A DNA stretch of 64,000 nt from a virus (Duplodnaviria > Caudoviricetes): IMG/VR virus record IMGVR_UViG_3300008108_003798; one strand, given 5' to 3'. Below, in pieces: positions 17,604-27,013 of this stretch. Made by a program: the position numbers and the translations under genes. Every line of letters starts with the position of its first letter. The first letter of the stretch is position 1. The notes under the pieces are model-generated. The model saw only the letters and a program-made list of their open reading frames with translations, was not told the origin of the DNA and searched no databases.

Positions 17604-17622
17604 TAGCACTTGTCAAGTGCTA
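17604..17622. promoter_or_regulatory. 19-bp palindrome overlapping a minus-strand TTGACA -35 box (candidate operator)
   Basis: TAGCACTTG-T-CAAGTGCTA; TTGACA-17 nt-TAGTCT on the minus strand. Confidence 0.6.
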
Positions 17623-17678
17623 TTTTAAAAAGTCGTTGACTGCGCTAAATACAATACGCAAGGCGTGAGGGCGCACTT

Positions 17679-17957
17679 ATGGATTTTTTATCACTTGTTG
17701 GCGAAGTAGGCTTTCCTATAGCCGGGGCATTAGCAGCCGGGGGATTTGTTTTCTTAACACTAAAGTTTATTCTAGCAGGAGTAACTGGAAGTGTTACAAC
17801 TCTAAAGAATATTATTGCACAACTGGATAACCGTGTGCAAACTATGAATAATGATTTAGTTAAAATTGATGCATTATTGAGTTATGCATTGAGTGTTAAG
17901 CCTAACATAGATCGTATTGCTGCAAACGAAGGTAAAAATGATGCGAGACGTGACTAA
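17679..17957 (+). CDS. small membrane protein (paralog of next gene)
   Basis: GFPI..A...G.FVF TM segment followed by coiled coil. Confidence 0.7.
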   Translation: MDFLSLVGEVGFPIAGALAAGGFVFLTLKFILAGVTGSVTTLKNIIAQLDNRVQTMNNDLVKIDALLSYALSVKPNIDRIAANEGKNDARRD

Positions 17958-18301
17958 TGGAATTTGACATAGCAGGTGCAATTAAAGACTTTGGATTTCC
18001 TATCATTGCAGCAATGGGCATGGGCTACTTTGTTTTCTTTATATGGAAATGGGTAACCGAAGAAATTGATCCAGTTGTTGGCGAAACAATGGGTACATTG
18101 ATTAAACTTGTTGATCGTGTACGCATGTTAGACAACGACATGATACGTCTAAACAGCAAACTAACAATGGTATTAGAATATCGCCAGCACCTAGATATGT
18201 TACCACAGGATAAAAAAGATGATCTTGATGAAATAATCAACAAGTATCAAAGTCGAAGTCAAGTGTTCAACAGCACTGGCAGAGAAGATAAAAAAAAATA
18301 A
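17957..18301 (+). CDS. small membrane protein (paralog of previous gene)
   Basis: FGFPIIAAMGMGYFVFFIW; LD...R..NNDM. Confidence 0.7.
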   Translation: MEFDIAGAIKDFGFPIIAAMGMGYFVFFIWKWVTEEIDPVVGETMGTLIKLVDRVRMLDNDMIRLNSKLTMVLEYRQHLDMLPQDKKDDLDEIINKYQSRSQVFNSTGREDKKK

Positions 18302-18318
18302 TAGAGGGAGAACCAGAA

Positions 18319-18654
18319 ATGGCAAGAACACCAAGAACACCAAAAACACTACAAGAAGACAGTCAGTTCAACAAGTTTGACACAGACGGCGACGGAGTTG
18401 TTTCCGACGACGAACTTGCAAAAGCAGAACGTATTGTTGACTTAGAAAACAAGGATCAAAAAGAAGACCAACTTAGAAGAATGGCATGGGTAGCCATGTT
18501 AAGTATGGTTGTCTTTACAGTACTATTGTTTTTACCTTTTATTGGAATTGAAAGATTGGCAGCATTGGATAATATCCTAAGCATGTTCTACATTGCACAA
18601 GCAGGCGTAGTAGCATCATTCTTCGGATCCAGTGCTTATATGAGTCGTTCATAA
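18319..18654 (+). CDS. EF-hand-containing two-TM protein
   Basis: DTDGDGVVSDDE is a canonical EF-hand loop; two C-terminal TMs. Confidence 0.7.
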   Translation: MARTPRTPKTLQEDSQFNKFDTDGDGVVSDDELAKAERIVDLENKDQKEDQLRRMAWVAMLSMVVFTVLLFLPFIGIERLAALDNILSMFYIAQAGVVASFFGSSAYMSRS

Positions 18655-18676
18655 CGAACGTTTTATTTGAATAATA

Positions 18677-18700
18677 ACAAGGAGCCTGTGGGCTCCTTGT
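18677..18700. terminator. hairpin terminator
   Basis: ACAAGGAGCC-TGTG-GGCTCCTTGT with nearby T run. Confidence 0.7.
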
Positions 18701-18763
18701 CTGCTTTTTTATTTTGTATCTGATATATATGTATAAGACATAGAACAAAAAGGCAAAACTAGC

Positions 18764-19003
18764 ATGATTTGGATAGATTATAATATAACTCAAGCCGGCG
18801 GCAATTTTAGAGTCGAAGGTGAATGGCCTGGAGAAGTTATGGGGCTCGACAGACAGGGCAATCCCGGAAACAAGAAACGTCCGTTGTATCAACCCGGTGA
18901 TGTTTTTATAGTTAACAAGGATGGGTGGCTTGTTAAACAAGAAGAATTGACATCACTGATGTTAACATATGAGAGTAAAAAATCTACTTTGTCAGGGCAA
19001 TAA
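18764..19003 (+). CDS. hypothetical protein
   Basis: 79-aa ORF converging on the cyclase. Confidence 0.6.
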   Translation: MIWIDYNITQAGGNFRVEGEWPGEVMGLDRQGNPGNKKRPLYQPGDVFIVNKDGWLVKQEELTSLMLTYESKKSTLSGQ

Positions 19004-21026
19004 ACACGCCATTCCAATCTGCTGGCAATGTTTGCGTTTTCATGTATTCACAACGTTCAATCCACATATCGTAGTATTTTTCCATTTTGCCGTCAAATGC
19101 TCTGCGAATTAAATTACACTGTTCTATTGCTTCATCAAACTGTTTCATACGATATAGTTTGTGCATTTGATCATGATGTTTTTTACTGGTTTTCCATGTT
19201 GGTTTAACATCGTCTAATACAGTATAGATAGCAACACCTACAGTTTTACCTTTAACTGCTAAGTCATCTACTTTGAGGAAGAAGAATTCGTCTTTGCACT
19301 GTTCTACTGTAGCGCCACCCACGAGTAATAAGCAGCCGTATTCTTTACATTTTGATTCGATTCTTGCGGCGGTGCTGACTGCGTCTCCAAGTACGTCGTA
19401 ACTGTGACGTTTGGTTGACCCCATTTCTCCGATGTATCCGAGACCTGTGTTGATTCCGGCGCCCATGCCAACTGGTGGTCTTCCTTGGGGTATGATGACT
19501 GTTTCATTAAAATTCTCTACTGCTCGTAACATTTTTAAACCAGTAGCAACTGCTGTCTTTGCATGTTCAGGATCGTCTACTGGTGCATTGTGTATATGCA
19601 TACTTGCATCACCGATATATTTAATAATCATACCGTTTGCATCTAGCACAGGCTGTGTGATAGCATCCATGTATCCATTCATTATTTTAGTAAGTCCTGC
19701 AACATCGTCGCCGAAACTTTCACCTAATGGTGTAAAGCCACGTAAATCGCTAAACAGTATGCTTACTTCTTTCTTCATGCCTTTCTTGACAAGATCTGGG
19801 TTTGTTTGCAATAACTTAACTACGGCAGGTGATGCATATCCTTCGAACTGTTTCTTGATTGCTTGCTTTTGTAAGAACTCACTTACAAATTTGATTACAT
19901 AACGTATAATACCTACAAGCAATAGAAACGCCGCAGGTAAAAATCCATCAATCAAGAAGTTGTAGGTAGCAAAGGCATAGATGCTACCACCGATTGACCC
20001 ACCTACAAGTATTACAAAAATGCCAATGCCCGCATAAGTCCAACGTGCAGCAACTATTAGTGCTAATCCGGCAAGTACAAATGCTAATAATTCGGCACCT
20101 GGTGACCATGCAGGGCGTTCTATGTTACTTGCATTAAACACTGTGCCTAACATCATAGCCTGTAGTTCATGTGGCCACACGCCGCCTTTGGCTGTTGCAA
20201 TTGGTTGTGTAATGCCAGCCGCAGTAGGACCTACAAATACTATACCTCCGGCAAAGTCTGCAGGTAGTTCTGCTGCACTGTGACTGCTAAAGCCTTGACT
20301 CCAGTCTAACCATACTCTACCAAGTCCATCAGTTTGTAGTACACCGTATTGCGGAATTCGTAATTTGTCAACTCCCAACGGTGATAATTTGATTTGGAAA
20401 CTAGGATCCCCTGCTAGAACTCTAAGCACTTCCATAGTAACGTTAGGGTATAGTATTCCTCCACTTTCTAGTACTAGCGGAGCACGTCTGACAACTCCAT
20501 CAATTTCTGGAAAGGTATTGATAATTCCTGACCCAACTGCTGCATTTTCAATGGCAGGCACGTTTGCTGTGATGCCAGGCACGGCAGGGATAAGATCAAT
20601 AAAGTCACTATTAATGATACTAGCACCAGGGTTGATTGGTTCATTTTTATTTTCCTCAGTTCCTAACATTGTAACTACAACAGGATAATTACCCATAGTA
20701 GTTGATAGTATCCTGTCTTGTCCTGCTCTGTCTGTTTCGCTCATCAACACGTTAAACACAACTAGTCCTGCGCCACGTGCATATAGATCCTCTATTAGTT
20801 TAGCATAATCGCCTCTTGGCCAAGGCCACTGACCGCGAGCAGTAATACTTGCTTCATCTATATTAACTGTATAAATGTTATTTTCTACAGGTGCTTGATT
20901 TACTATCAACTGATCAAAATATCGTAAACGTAGACTTTCCAAAAAATCAGGGTTACTGAACTGTAACCAGCCCAACAACCCTAAAATTACAATGCTCCAA
21001 ACAGGTGATAATAACAGTTTTTTCAC
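18984..21026 (-). CDS. CHASE2-domain class III adenylate cyclase
   Basis: N-terminal TM, CHASE2 (V.IDE.S....GQWPWPR), 3 TMs, FSDLRGFT, IKYIGDA, YDVLGDAVSTAARIES. Confidence 0.92.
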   Translation of the reverse strand: MKKLLLSPVWSIVILGLLGWLQFSNPDFLESLRLRYFDQLIVNQAPVENNIYTVNIDEASITARGQWPWPRGDYAKLIEDLYARGAGLVVFNVLMSETDRAGQDRILSTTMGNYPVVVTMLGTEENKNEPINPGASIINSDFIDLIPAVPGITANVPAIENAAVGSGIINTFPEIDGVVRRAPLVLESGGILYPNVTMEVLRVLAGDPSFQIKLSPLGVDKLRIPQYGVLQTDGLGRVWLDWSQGFSSHSAAELPADFAGGIVFVGPTAAGITQPIATAKGGVWPHELQAMMLGTVFNASNIERPAWSPGAELLAFVLAGLALIVAARWTYAGIGIFVILVGGSIGGSIYAFATYNFLIDGFLPAAFLLLVGIIRYVIKFVSEFLQKQAIKKQFEGYASPAVVKLLQTNPDLVKKGMKKEVSILFSDLRGFTPLGESFGDDVAGLTKIMNGYMDAITQPVLDANGMIIKYIGDASMHIHNAPVDDPEHAKTAVATGLKMLRAVENFNETVIIPQGRPPVGMGAGINTGLGYIGEMGSTKRHSYDVLGDAVSTAARIESKCKEYGCLLLVGGATVEQCKDEFFFLKVDDLAVKGKTVGVAIYTVLDDVKPTWKTSKKHHDQMHKLYRMKQFDEAIEQCNLIRRAFDGKMEKYYDMWIERCEYMKTQTLPADWNGVFIALTK

Positions 21027-21274
21027 AATTTTTTTCCTAACAGTTTTGCTTTTAGTGCATCCATTTCTTGAGATTTATTTTTTACCGGGTGTTTTTCTTC
21101 CGCCACCACATACTGGGATTGTGCTTTAGAATTTTTATAGGGTTCTTGGTCCCATCCATTGCGGCTTCTAATAGCGGCGATGCGGGCCTGAATTTCAGCA
21201 ACTCTAACAGAGATTTCTGATGCTCCGGGGTTTTCATTTGCTTCTTTCAAGAATAGATTTCTAAACCAGTTCAT
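21023..21274 (-). CDS. hypothetical protein
   Basis: Coupled to the cyclase start. Confidence 0.55.
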   Translation of the reverse strand: MNWFRNLFLKEANENPGASEISVRVAEIQARIAAIRSRNGWDQEPYKNSKAQSQYVVAEEKHPVKNKSQEMDALKAKLLGKKL

Positions 21275-21325
21275 TTAGTATATTTATTTTATAAACTCTA
21301 TAATTTTAAATTATAGTTAGTTAGA

Positions 21326-21351
21326 AAGATAGGCTCCGAAGAGCCTATCTT
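21326..21351. terminator. hairpin terminator
   Basis: AAGATAGGCTC-CGAA-GAGCCTATCTT. Confidence 0.75.
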
Positions 21352-21360
21352 GTTTTTACA

Positions 21361-23370
21361 TTAGAACTTTAGTGAAAGACCAGCACTGATTGATGTGCTG
21401 CTTGATGTTTCTGTTCCAAACTGTGTTGCTGAAACATTTACATTTGCTTTTCCTATGTCTTTGTTAACGCCAATCCCTAGCTTTGTGCTACCATCAGTGT
21501 TATAAATTGCACTCAAATTTACCAATCCTACATCTACGTCAGCACCAATAGTTGCATAGCCGTAGGTTTCTTCAGAACCGGTGTTGACCAGTTTGGCTTG
21601 TATGCTTCCTATTTCGCCATACCCATCAGTTGATTTTTTGCCAACAGTATACCCTAATATTGGATGTACAACATTTGTATTTGGACGTAGTTCAATGCTT
21701 GCCCAATTATCAGTTGCCGATGTTAATCCGTGTGCAGAAAAGTATGGACTAAAAAGTACACAGCAAGGACCAATAGTTCTACTGTACGCTAGATCAGTTG
21801 ACGCAGTGTTAGCAGTACCGGTGATTGTAAATTTTTCCATTTCTTTGCCAACTGTTATACCAATTTTAGTTGTTCTTGACGCACCAGTTGAATTGTTACC
21901 TGACAACTCCGATGACATGCTAACAAGGCCGCCGCCTATTATTAAACCACTGTCAGTTGTGGTATTTACACCTAGTGAGAAGTACTGTGTATCAGCAGTG
22001 TATCCGGTGTCTGTTTCACTGCTGATGCGTCCGGCGTTAACACCAGAACCGAATCCAATGTTATGTGCTAGATTTAGGTCTAACATTGCATTTATTTGGT
22101 CCATACGTCCTATAAATGGTAGAGGGAAAGTAATTGCTGTAGTGATGTCATTGCGTAATACTGTTGTGACTGTTGGTGTTCCATCTGTTACAACAACACT
22201 GCTGTCACTGTAAGTATCTGTAGTACGCACAAATGATGTGGTAGTTACATCAACTGGTGTTGTTGTAGTTGTTGTGGTTTCACGAGCAATTGTTTGCACG
22301 CCATCTGCTACACTGCTGTCGTGTGTTGTAATACTTGCTGTTAGCACAGGAAGTGTTGTACTCGGTGCTTCGGTTGTTGAAGTTATTGTAGCAGTTGTAG
22401 TAGAAGTAATAGTAGGTGTGCCGCCACCGCTTGCTGCATCAGTTGCACTTCCCACGTCGGTTAGTGTCCATCCAGTTGGTAACACGCCGGGTGTTCCGCC
22501 GCCAGCACCACCGTCAATTGCAGAATCTGCTGCATCAAACGCACTTGGTCCAAATATATAAGCATAACTTGCTGTGAGAATATCGCCTGCGCTAACACTT
22601 AACCAATTCCACGAAAGACCAATTGTATCATCTGCATTACAATATAGTACGCCTGCGCCGCAAGATGCATCTGCATTTATGTATGAATCTGCTTCTGAGC
22701 TCCAACTGTTGATGCCTGCTGCTACGTTTGTATCTGTTGAATATAAACCTAGTGCATAACGTGAAACAGTTGCTTCGCTGAATGCAACGTTAGTTGATGG
22801 GATACCTGAGTAACCTAATACGTTGTCTGTGCTTGAGCTATCGCCGGCCATACCTTGGCTATCCGGATCGATAAATTTACCAAACCAAACACTTGATGCT
22901 GCACTACCAGCAACAATTGTTGTTGTCACATCAACAAATGATGCAGTTGTACCCAATGTAAATGTATTTGTAACATTCCATGTTGAACTGCCAAATGCTC
23001 TATCGCCGCTCCATGTTAACGTGTTAGTACCGTCAGTTAATCCGTCTGCATCAACAAATGATGTAGAACCGGTATTGTTGTTTGCAGCATTGACGCCGTC
23101 AACCTTAAGAGAGAATCCGTCAAACGGTGCTCCTGGTGTTAGATAATCAAAGCCAGCGTTGAATGTTCCTGTTCCAGTTGGATCGAATAGTAGGCCAGGA
23201 CTGGTTCCGCCACCGCTTCCAAATGTACCGGAGTTTTTGTTTACACCAGCCTTAACCCAATTATTTTCAAGTACACCCATGCTGGATGTGCCATTAATGC
23301 TACTGGTATCAGCAAATGCTGTTGTGCTTAGTAAAAGAGCCAGCACAGTGCCCCCTATTATTCGTCTCAT
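21361..23370 (-). CDS. secreted protein with Thr-rich linker and C-terminal autotransporter-like beta-barrel
   Basis: Signal peptide; beta-rich passenger; Thr-rich stalk; alternating beta pattern ending GLSLKF (terminal Phe). Confidence 0.7.
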   Translation of the reverse strand: MRRIIGGTVLALLLSTTAFADTSSINGTSSMGVLENNWVKAGVNKNSGTFGSGGGTSPGLLFDPTGTGTFNAGFDYLTPGAPFDGFSLKVDGVNAANNNTGSTSFVDADGLTDGTNTLTWSGDRAFGSSTWNVTNTFTLGTTASFVDVTTTIVAGSAASSVWFGKFIDPDSQGMAGDSSSTDNVLGYSGIPSTNVAFSEATVSRYALGLYSTDTNVAAGINSWSSEADSYINADASCGAGVLYCNADDTIGLSWNWLSVSAGDILTASYAYIFGPSAFDAADSAIDGGAGGGTPGVLPTGWTLTDVGSATDAASGGGTPTITSTTTATITSTTEAPSTTLPVLTASITTHDSSVADGVQTIARETTTTTTTPVDVTTTSFVRTTDTYSDSSVVVTDGTPTVTTVLRNDITTAITFPLPFIGRMDQINAMLDLNLAHNIGFGSGVNAGRISSETDTGYTADTQYFSLGVNTTTDSGLIIGGGLVSMSSELSGNNSTGASRTTKIGITVGKEMEKFTITGTANTASTDLAYSRTIGPCCVLFSPYFSAHGLTSATDNWASIELRPNTNVVHPILGYTVGKKSTDGYGEIGSIQAKLVNTGSEETYGYATIGADVDVGLVNLSAIYNTDGSTKLGIGVNKDIGKANVNVSATQFGTETSSSTSISAGLSLKF

Positions 23371-23398
23371 TTTTTGCCCTCCATGAGATCTTGTTATG

Positions 23399-23749
23399 TT
23401 ATTTAAGTTGTAGTTCTATTCCTAAAACCACGCCTATATTAGTTTCGTCGTTGTTTTTTTCAAAACCTGGCGCAACAAAAAATCTTGCCTTTCCCATATC
23501 GTAAGTGCCTCTAGCATACGGAGTAATTGCACCAAGTTCTTCATAGCCTGTTGCTATAGTAAACTCGATACCTGTTTTTTCAGTTGGTTCTAGTCTATAA
23601 CCTCCGTAAAGACTAATCCTTTCTTCGCTGTTGTAGTATGCGCCTGCGATAAAATTATTTTCTTGTAATCTTAAATGCGGATGTAGACTATTGTAATCTC
23701 CCTCCATTCCTAAATGACTGCTTAATGCCATTGCCCATATTAAATCCAT
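23399..23749 (-). CDS. small putative beta-barrel/outer-membrane protein
   Basis: HPH.RL....IAGAYYNSE, G...GY, alternating beta pattern. Confidence 0.5.
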   Translation of the reverse strand: MDLIWAMALSSHLGMEGDYNSLHPHLRLQENNFIAGAYYNSEERISLYGGYRLEPTEKTGIEFTIATGYEELGAITPYARGTYDMGKARFFVAPGFEKNNDETNIGVVLGIELQLK

Positions 23750-23752
23750 TTG

Positions 23753-24847
23753 TTACTCCTGTTGATTGATATTAATTGTATTATTTCCTACACCTATCCT
23801 ATATCCGTATATACTAAATCCATTTTGAACCACACCCAGTGTATACCCATATCCTTGACTTAACATTAAATCAATCATATGAGAATTTTCGCTTCTTCTA
23901 AAAATATTATTAGGCGGAACCTCGTCATAAAATATTCCTGTTTCAGGATCCAATCCTAAAAACTTTTCTTCAAAAAACGCAGTATTTTGTGTGTCTAGTT
24001 CGCTTAATAACTTTTGCATCACTTCTTTCATCACTGCTGTCAGTTGATCTACAAACACTTCGTTGAGATATGTGTTTGTATCCAAGTCTGTTACCCATAT
24101 ATTTTTAATACCCTCCACAAGCGGATCCTTGTCTAATTCATCAAAAGCCAAAAAGTCTATGTCTAGTAAATCAACTGCTGGCTGTGCATCTTCTGCTGCT
24201 TCGTCATAAGGATCAACTCGTCTAACAATCAGCATACTACGAAGCATGTCTTCGGGCAGTTCTAATATTACAGGTGGTTTAGGTACCATACCGTTATGAG
24301 CAACCACTGTGGTCTGAAAGGCTTGATTCATTATAACTATACCTTCGTCTGTTTCAACAGTTATTTCGCCAACCACGCACATGCCAGCAGTGTTGCAACT
24401 TGGCAACAGTGTAACCATACTGCCGCCGATTTCGTCTACAATCATCATAAAGTCTGTTCCACGTACACCGATAGTTGCACTTGGTGTTTCGATATTAACA
24501 TTTTGTCTGCTGTTCTTAGCAATAGCGCCACTGGCATAACGAACAGCACCTAGCGTTGCTCGCATACTCAATTCACCAGTACCACTGTTAGGATCATACA
24601 CAAACTCATCAATGACCATGCGGCTGTGTTCAGTAACATCAACACGAGTATCGTCCGCAAACTGTAATTGCATACGACCGTTGGCAGTAGCAATTGTATC
24701 TTGCATTTCGAGTCCTACACCTTGTTCTCCGAGTATCTCTGTGGACTCACGCTTAACAATACCACTGCCATCGATGGTTGCTATTTCGCCTACATTGGCA
24801 TATGCGGTATTAGCTATCAACAGCAATGGTATAATATATTTCAGCAT
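23753..24847 (-). CDS. FecR-domain periplasmic protein
   Basis: Signal peptide; D.I.T..GRMQLQF.D.T, G..R..SG, I.TP.ATIGVRGTDF. Confidence 0.85.
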   Translation of the reverse strand: MLKYIIPLLLIANTAYANVGEIATIDGSGIVKRESTEILGEQGVGLEMQDTIATANGRMQLQFADDTRVDVTEHSRMVIDEFVYDPNSGTGELSMRATLGAVRYASGAIAKNSRQNVNIETPSATIGVRGTDFMMIVDEIGGSMVTLLPSCNTAGMCVVGEITVETDEGIVIMNQAFQTTVVAHNGMVPKPPVILELPEDMLRSMLIVRRVDPYDEAAEDAQPAVDLLDIDFLAFDELDKDPLVEGIKNIWVTDLDTNTYLNEVFVDQLTAVMKEVMQKLLSELDTQNTAFFEEKFLGLDPETGIFYDEVPPNNIFRRSENSHMIDLMLSQGYGYTLGVVQNGFSIYGYRIGVGNNTININQQE

Positions 24848-25539
24848 TAATCAGTCTGTGTAATTGTTACAGTCCCGTCGTTGGCCGTTGATGTTACATT
24901 AACGGTCTTGTCCGTTAATCCGCTTTGTGTTATGTTGATATTATTTCCGCCACCTGTTAAATCATAGGTAATACTGTGTCCGTTTACACCGCCTGCATCA
25001 TCTTGATCTATGGTAACAGTGTTGCCGCTGGCTGCTAAACTATTGTCAATGGTAAATGTAACATCAGCATTGGTTGCATCCAAGTTGGCTAAAATAACGT
25101 TGCCGTCGCCGTCGATGGTAAATTCTGCTACAAGGTTATCTGTAACTTTATTTTCACCAATATATACGCTAAAGTCGTTGCTGTTTCCATTAACTGTAAT
25201 GTCAACTGTTACAATTTCGCAGTTTGCGCCGTTTGTTATATCGCAGGTTAAATCAACTGTGTTGCTGTCCCCGTTGAATATCCAGTCACCTGTATATGTA
25301 TTGCCCTTAATAGTTGCTGCTATAACGTTATAATCGCCGTTTTGTGTAATATCAAATGTCATATCATCACCTGAAAGCAAGGCAGGTGCAGTTGTTGACA
25401 GGTCGCCGATCTTGTTGCCAGAACCGGTTTGACTAACAGTCAATGCAAGGTTGTCCCCTATTTGTTGTATGTAGATTTCGTTAGCCAAGGCCGCAGAACT
25501 AACTAGTACAAACAAGGCCCCTATTATTATTTTTTTCAT
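24847..25539 (-). CDS. curlin-like (CsgA/B-like) beta-solenoid protein
   Basis: Signal peptide; repeated Q/x-x-G-x-x-N strands (IQQIGDN, SQTGSGN, TQNGDYN, GDGNV, GGGNN). Confidence 0.65.
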   Translation of the reverse strand: MKKIIIGALFVLVSSAALANEIYIQQIGDNLALTVSQTGSGNKIGDLSTTAPALLSGDDMTFDITQNGDYNVIAATIKGNTYTGDWIFNGDSNTVDLTCDITNGANCEIVTVDITVNGNSNDFSVYIGENKVTDNLVAEFTIDGDGNVILANLDATNADVTFTIDNSLAASGNTVTIDQDDAGGVNGHSITYDLTGGGNNINITQSGLTDKTVNVTSTANDGTVTITQTD

Positions 25540-25551
25540 TTTTTATTGCCC

Positions 25552-26331
25552 TCATTTAAAACTCCACAGCTCTCTACGAGCTCCTTCGTATATTAGTTCT
25601 ATTATTCCTGCCTCTATTGCTGCCCTCACAGCATAGTTGGTAGGTTCGTTGACACTAAATCCACTCTCGATTTCCAGTGCCTTGGTGCTCATGTCTAAGA
25701 ACTTAAATACATCTGCACCAGTTTTGTGACTAGCTATAGTTTTCTCAGTAGCCACACTTATTAGCACTCTTCCTGTGCTAACACTTACTAAACGCATTGC
25801 AACTGTTACAGTATCTACTCTGTACTCCGATCCTGCGCCTATTCCAAAGTAACGTGCTCCGGTTCCTCCTGTTGCTACGTTACTGTCATATCCCACTATT
25901 CCGCCTTCTAGTATCAACCCTGCAAATTGCATAGGATTCAATGGATCAGGATTGTCTAAATAATTTTCTCTTGTTTGACGTATAAGTTGACGTTCTGCAA
26001 TTACATTGTCCATGCCTACACGTTCTACAACTTCAAACCAACTGCCGTTGCCTACCTGCATCAGTGCATCTATTACCCAAACTTCTGCACCTTGTGTTAC
26101 TGCACTACTCAAACTGCTAAAGTTATCTGCTGGCTCTCGTTGCCCGGTTTTGTCTGTGAAACTGTAAACACCGATAGTCATCTTAGGTCCATTTAGTGCA
26201 GGAACATTTGCAAGTTCTACACGCAAGGGATTATCTTGAATTCTCGGTTCTTCTATGATTTCACTGGCTTGTTCTTCTATCGACACACATCCAGTTAGAA
26301 ATAACAATCCTACTAATGCTGCTTTAATCAA
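25552..26331 (-). CDS. csgG: curli secretion lipoprotein CsgG
   Basis: Lipobox FLTGC; VYSFTDKTGQR, SSAVTQGA, WFEVVER.G...ERQLIR, GGIVGYD. Confidence 0.92.
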   Translation of the reverse strand: MIKAALVGLLFLTGCVSIEEQASEIIEEPRIQDNPLRVELANVPALNGPKMTIGVYSFTDKTGQREPADNFSSLSSAVTQGAEVWVIDALMQVGNGSWFEVVERVGMDNVIAERQLIRQTRENYLDNPDPLNPMQFAGLILEGGIVGYDSNVATGGTGARYFGIGAGSEYRVDTVTVAMRLVSVSTGRVLISVATEKTIASHKTGADVFKFLDMSTKALEIESGFSVNEPTNYAVRAAIEAGIIELIYEGARRELWSFK

Positions 26332-26792
26332 AAGTTAAACTCCCCTGCGCCAGGTATAGTAATAGTGGTTGTTCCTTCATCGCTTACAACCTCCAAAGTA
26401 ATACTACCGGTAACAGTGTCTTTGCTCCAACTAATAGTACTGCCTTCTATTTCAGTTGTACCACTGGTCGGACAAGTTGCTCCTGTTTCATCAGCACAAG
26501 ACTCGAACATAGCATCCACCATCTGCTTGGATAGTGTAGCATATATTCTACTTTCTATGTTGCGTAAAAATTTGTTGAGTGTTGAGTTTTCTAATTCTCG
26601 CTCTATGCGTTCTTGTTCAGCAGCAATAGCATCGTCAATATCTTTTTGTCTATTGAACCCTAGTTGTTCAATACCCAACACATGATTACTATACCCTTCA
26701 CCGCTAAAACTTGGATTTTTAAATGTATGAACTAATTCTGCATTTGCAAATGTCGGTAATAGCATCAACATGACTATCGAGATTTTTTTCAT
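26328..26792 (-). CDS. csgF: curli assembly protein CsgF
   Basis: Signal peptide, then ELVHTFKNPSFSG (CsgF N-terminal motif); adjacent to csgG. Confidence 0.85.
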   Translation of the reverse strand: MKKISIVMLMLLPTFANAELVHTFKNPSFSGEGYSNHVLGIEQLGFNRQKDIDDAIAAEQERIERELENSTLNKFLRNIESRIYATLSKQMVDAMFESCADETGATCPTSGTTEIEGSTISWSKDTVTGSITLEVVSDEGTTTITIPGAGEFNF

Positions 26793-26890
26793 TAAGACAG
26801 CGCCTCCACTATATATTTACTGTAAGAGGCAAAAAAATTTTGTAGTCGTATTATAGATCGGGTAATAAATACCGTATAGAGGAGAATGTT

Positions 26891-27013
26891 GTGAAAGCAC
26901 CTAAACCTAAATGCAAAAATTGCGGACACGAATGTCACTGTCACGAAGACTGCAAACATTGTCGTAACGATGTTTGCCACAGGTGCGAACACGACGAGAA
27001 GGCAGTAAAATAA
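26891..27013 (+). CDS. Cys/His-rich metallothionein-like microprotein (40 aa)
   Basis: GAGGAG RBS, GTG start; MKAPKPKCKNCGHECHCHEDCKHCRNDVCHRCEHDEKAVK has 8 Cys and 6 His. Confidence 0.7.
   Translation: MKAPKPKCKNCGHECHCHEDCKHCRNDVCHRCEHDEKAVK

Noticed and set aside
22200-22430. GTT/GTA-rich apparent tandem repeat
   Set aside because: It is low-complexity coding for the Thr-rich linker, not a DNA repeat.
21581-23386. Series of plus-strand ORFs opposite the autotransporter-like gene
   Set aside because: Antisense shadows of biased codon usage.
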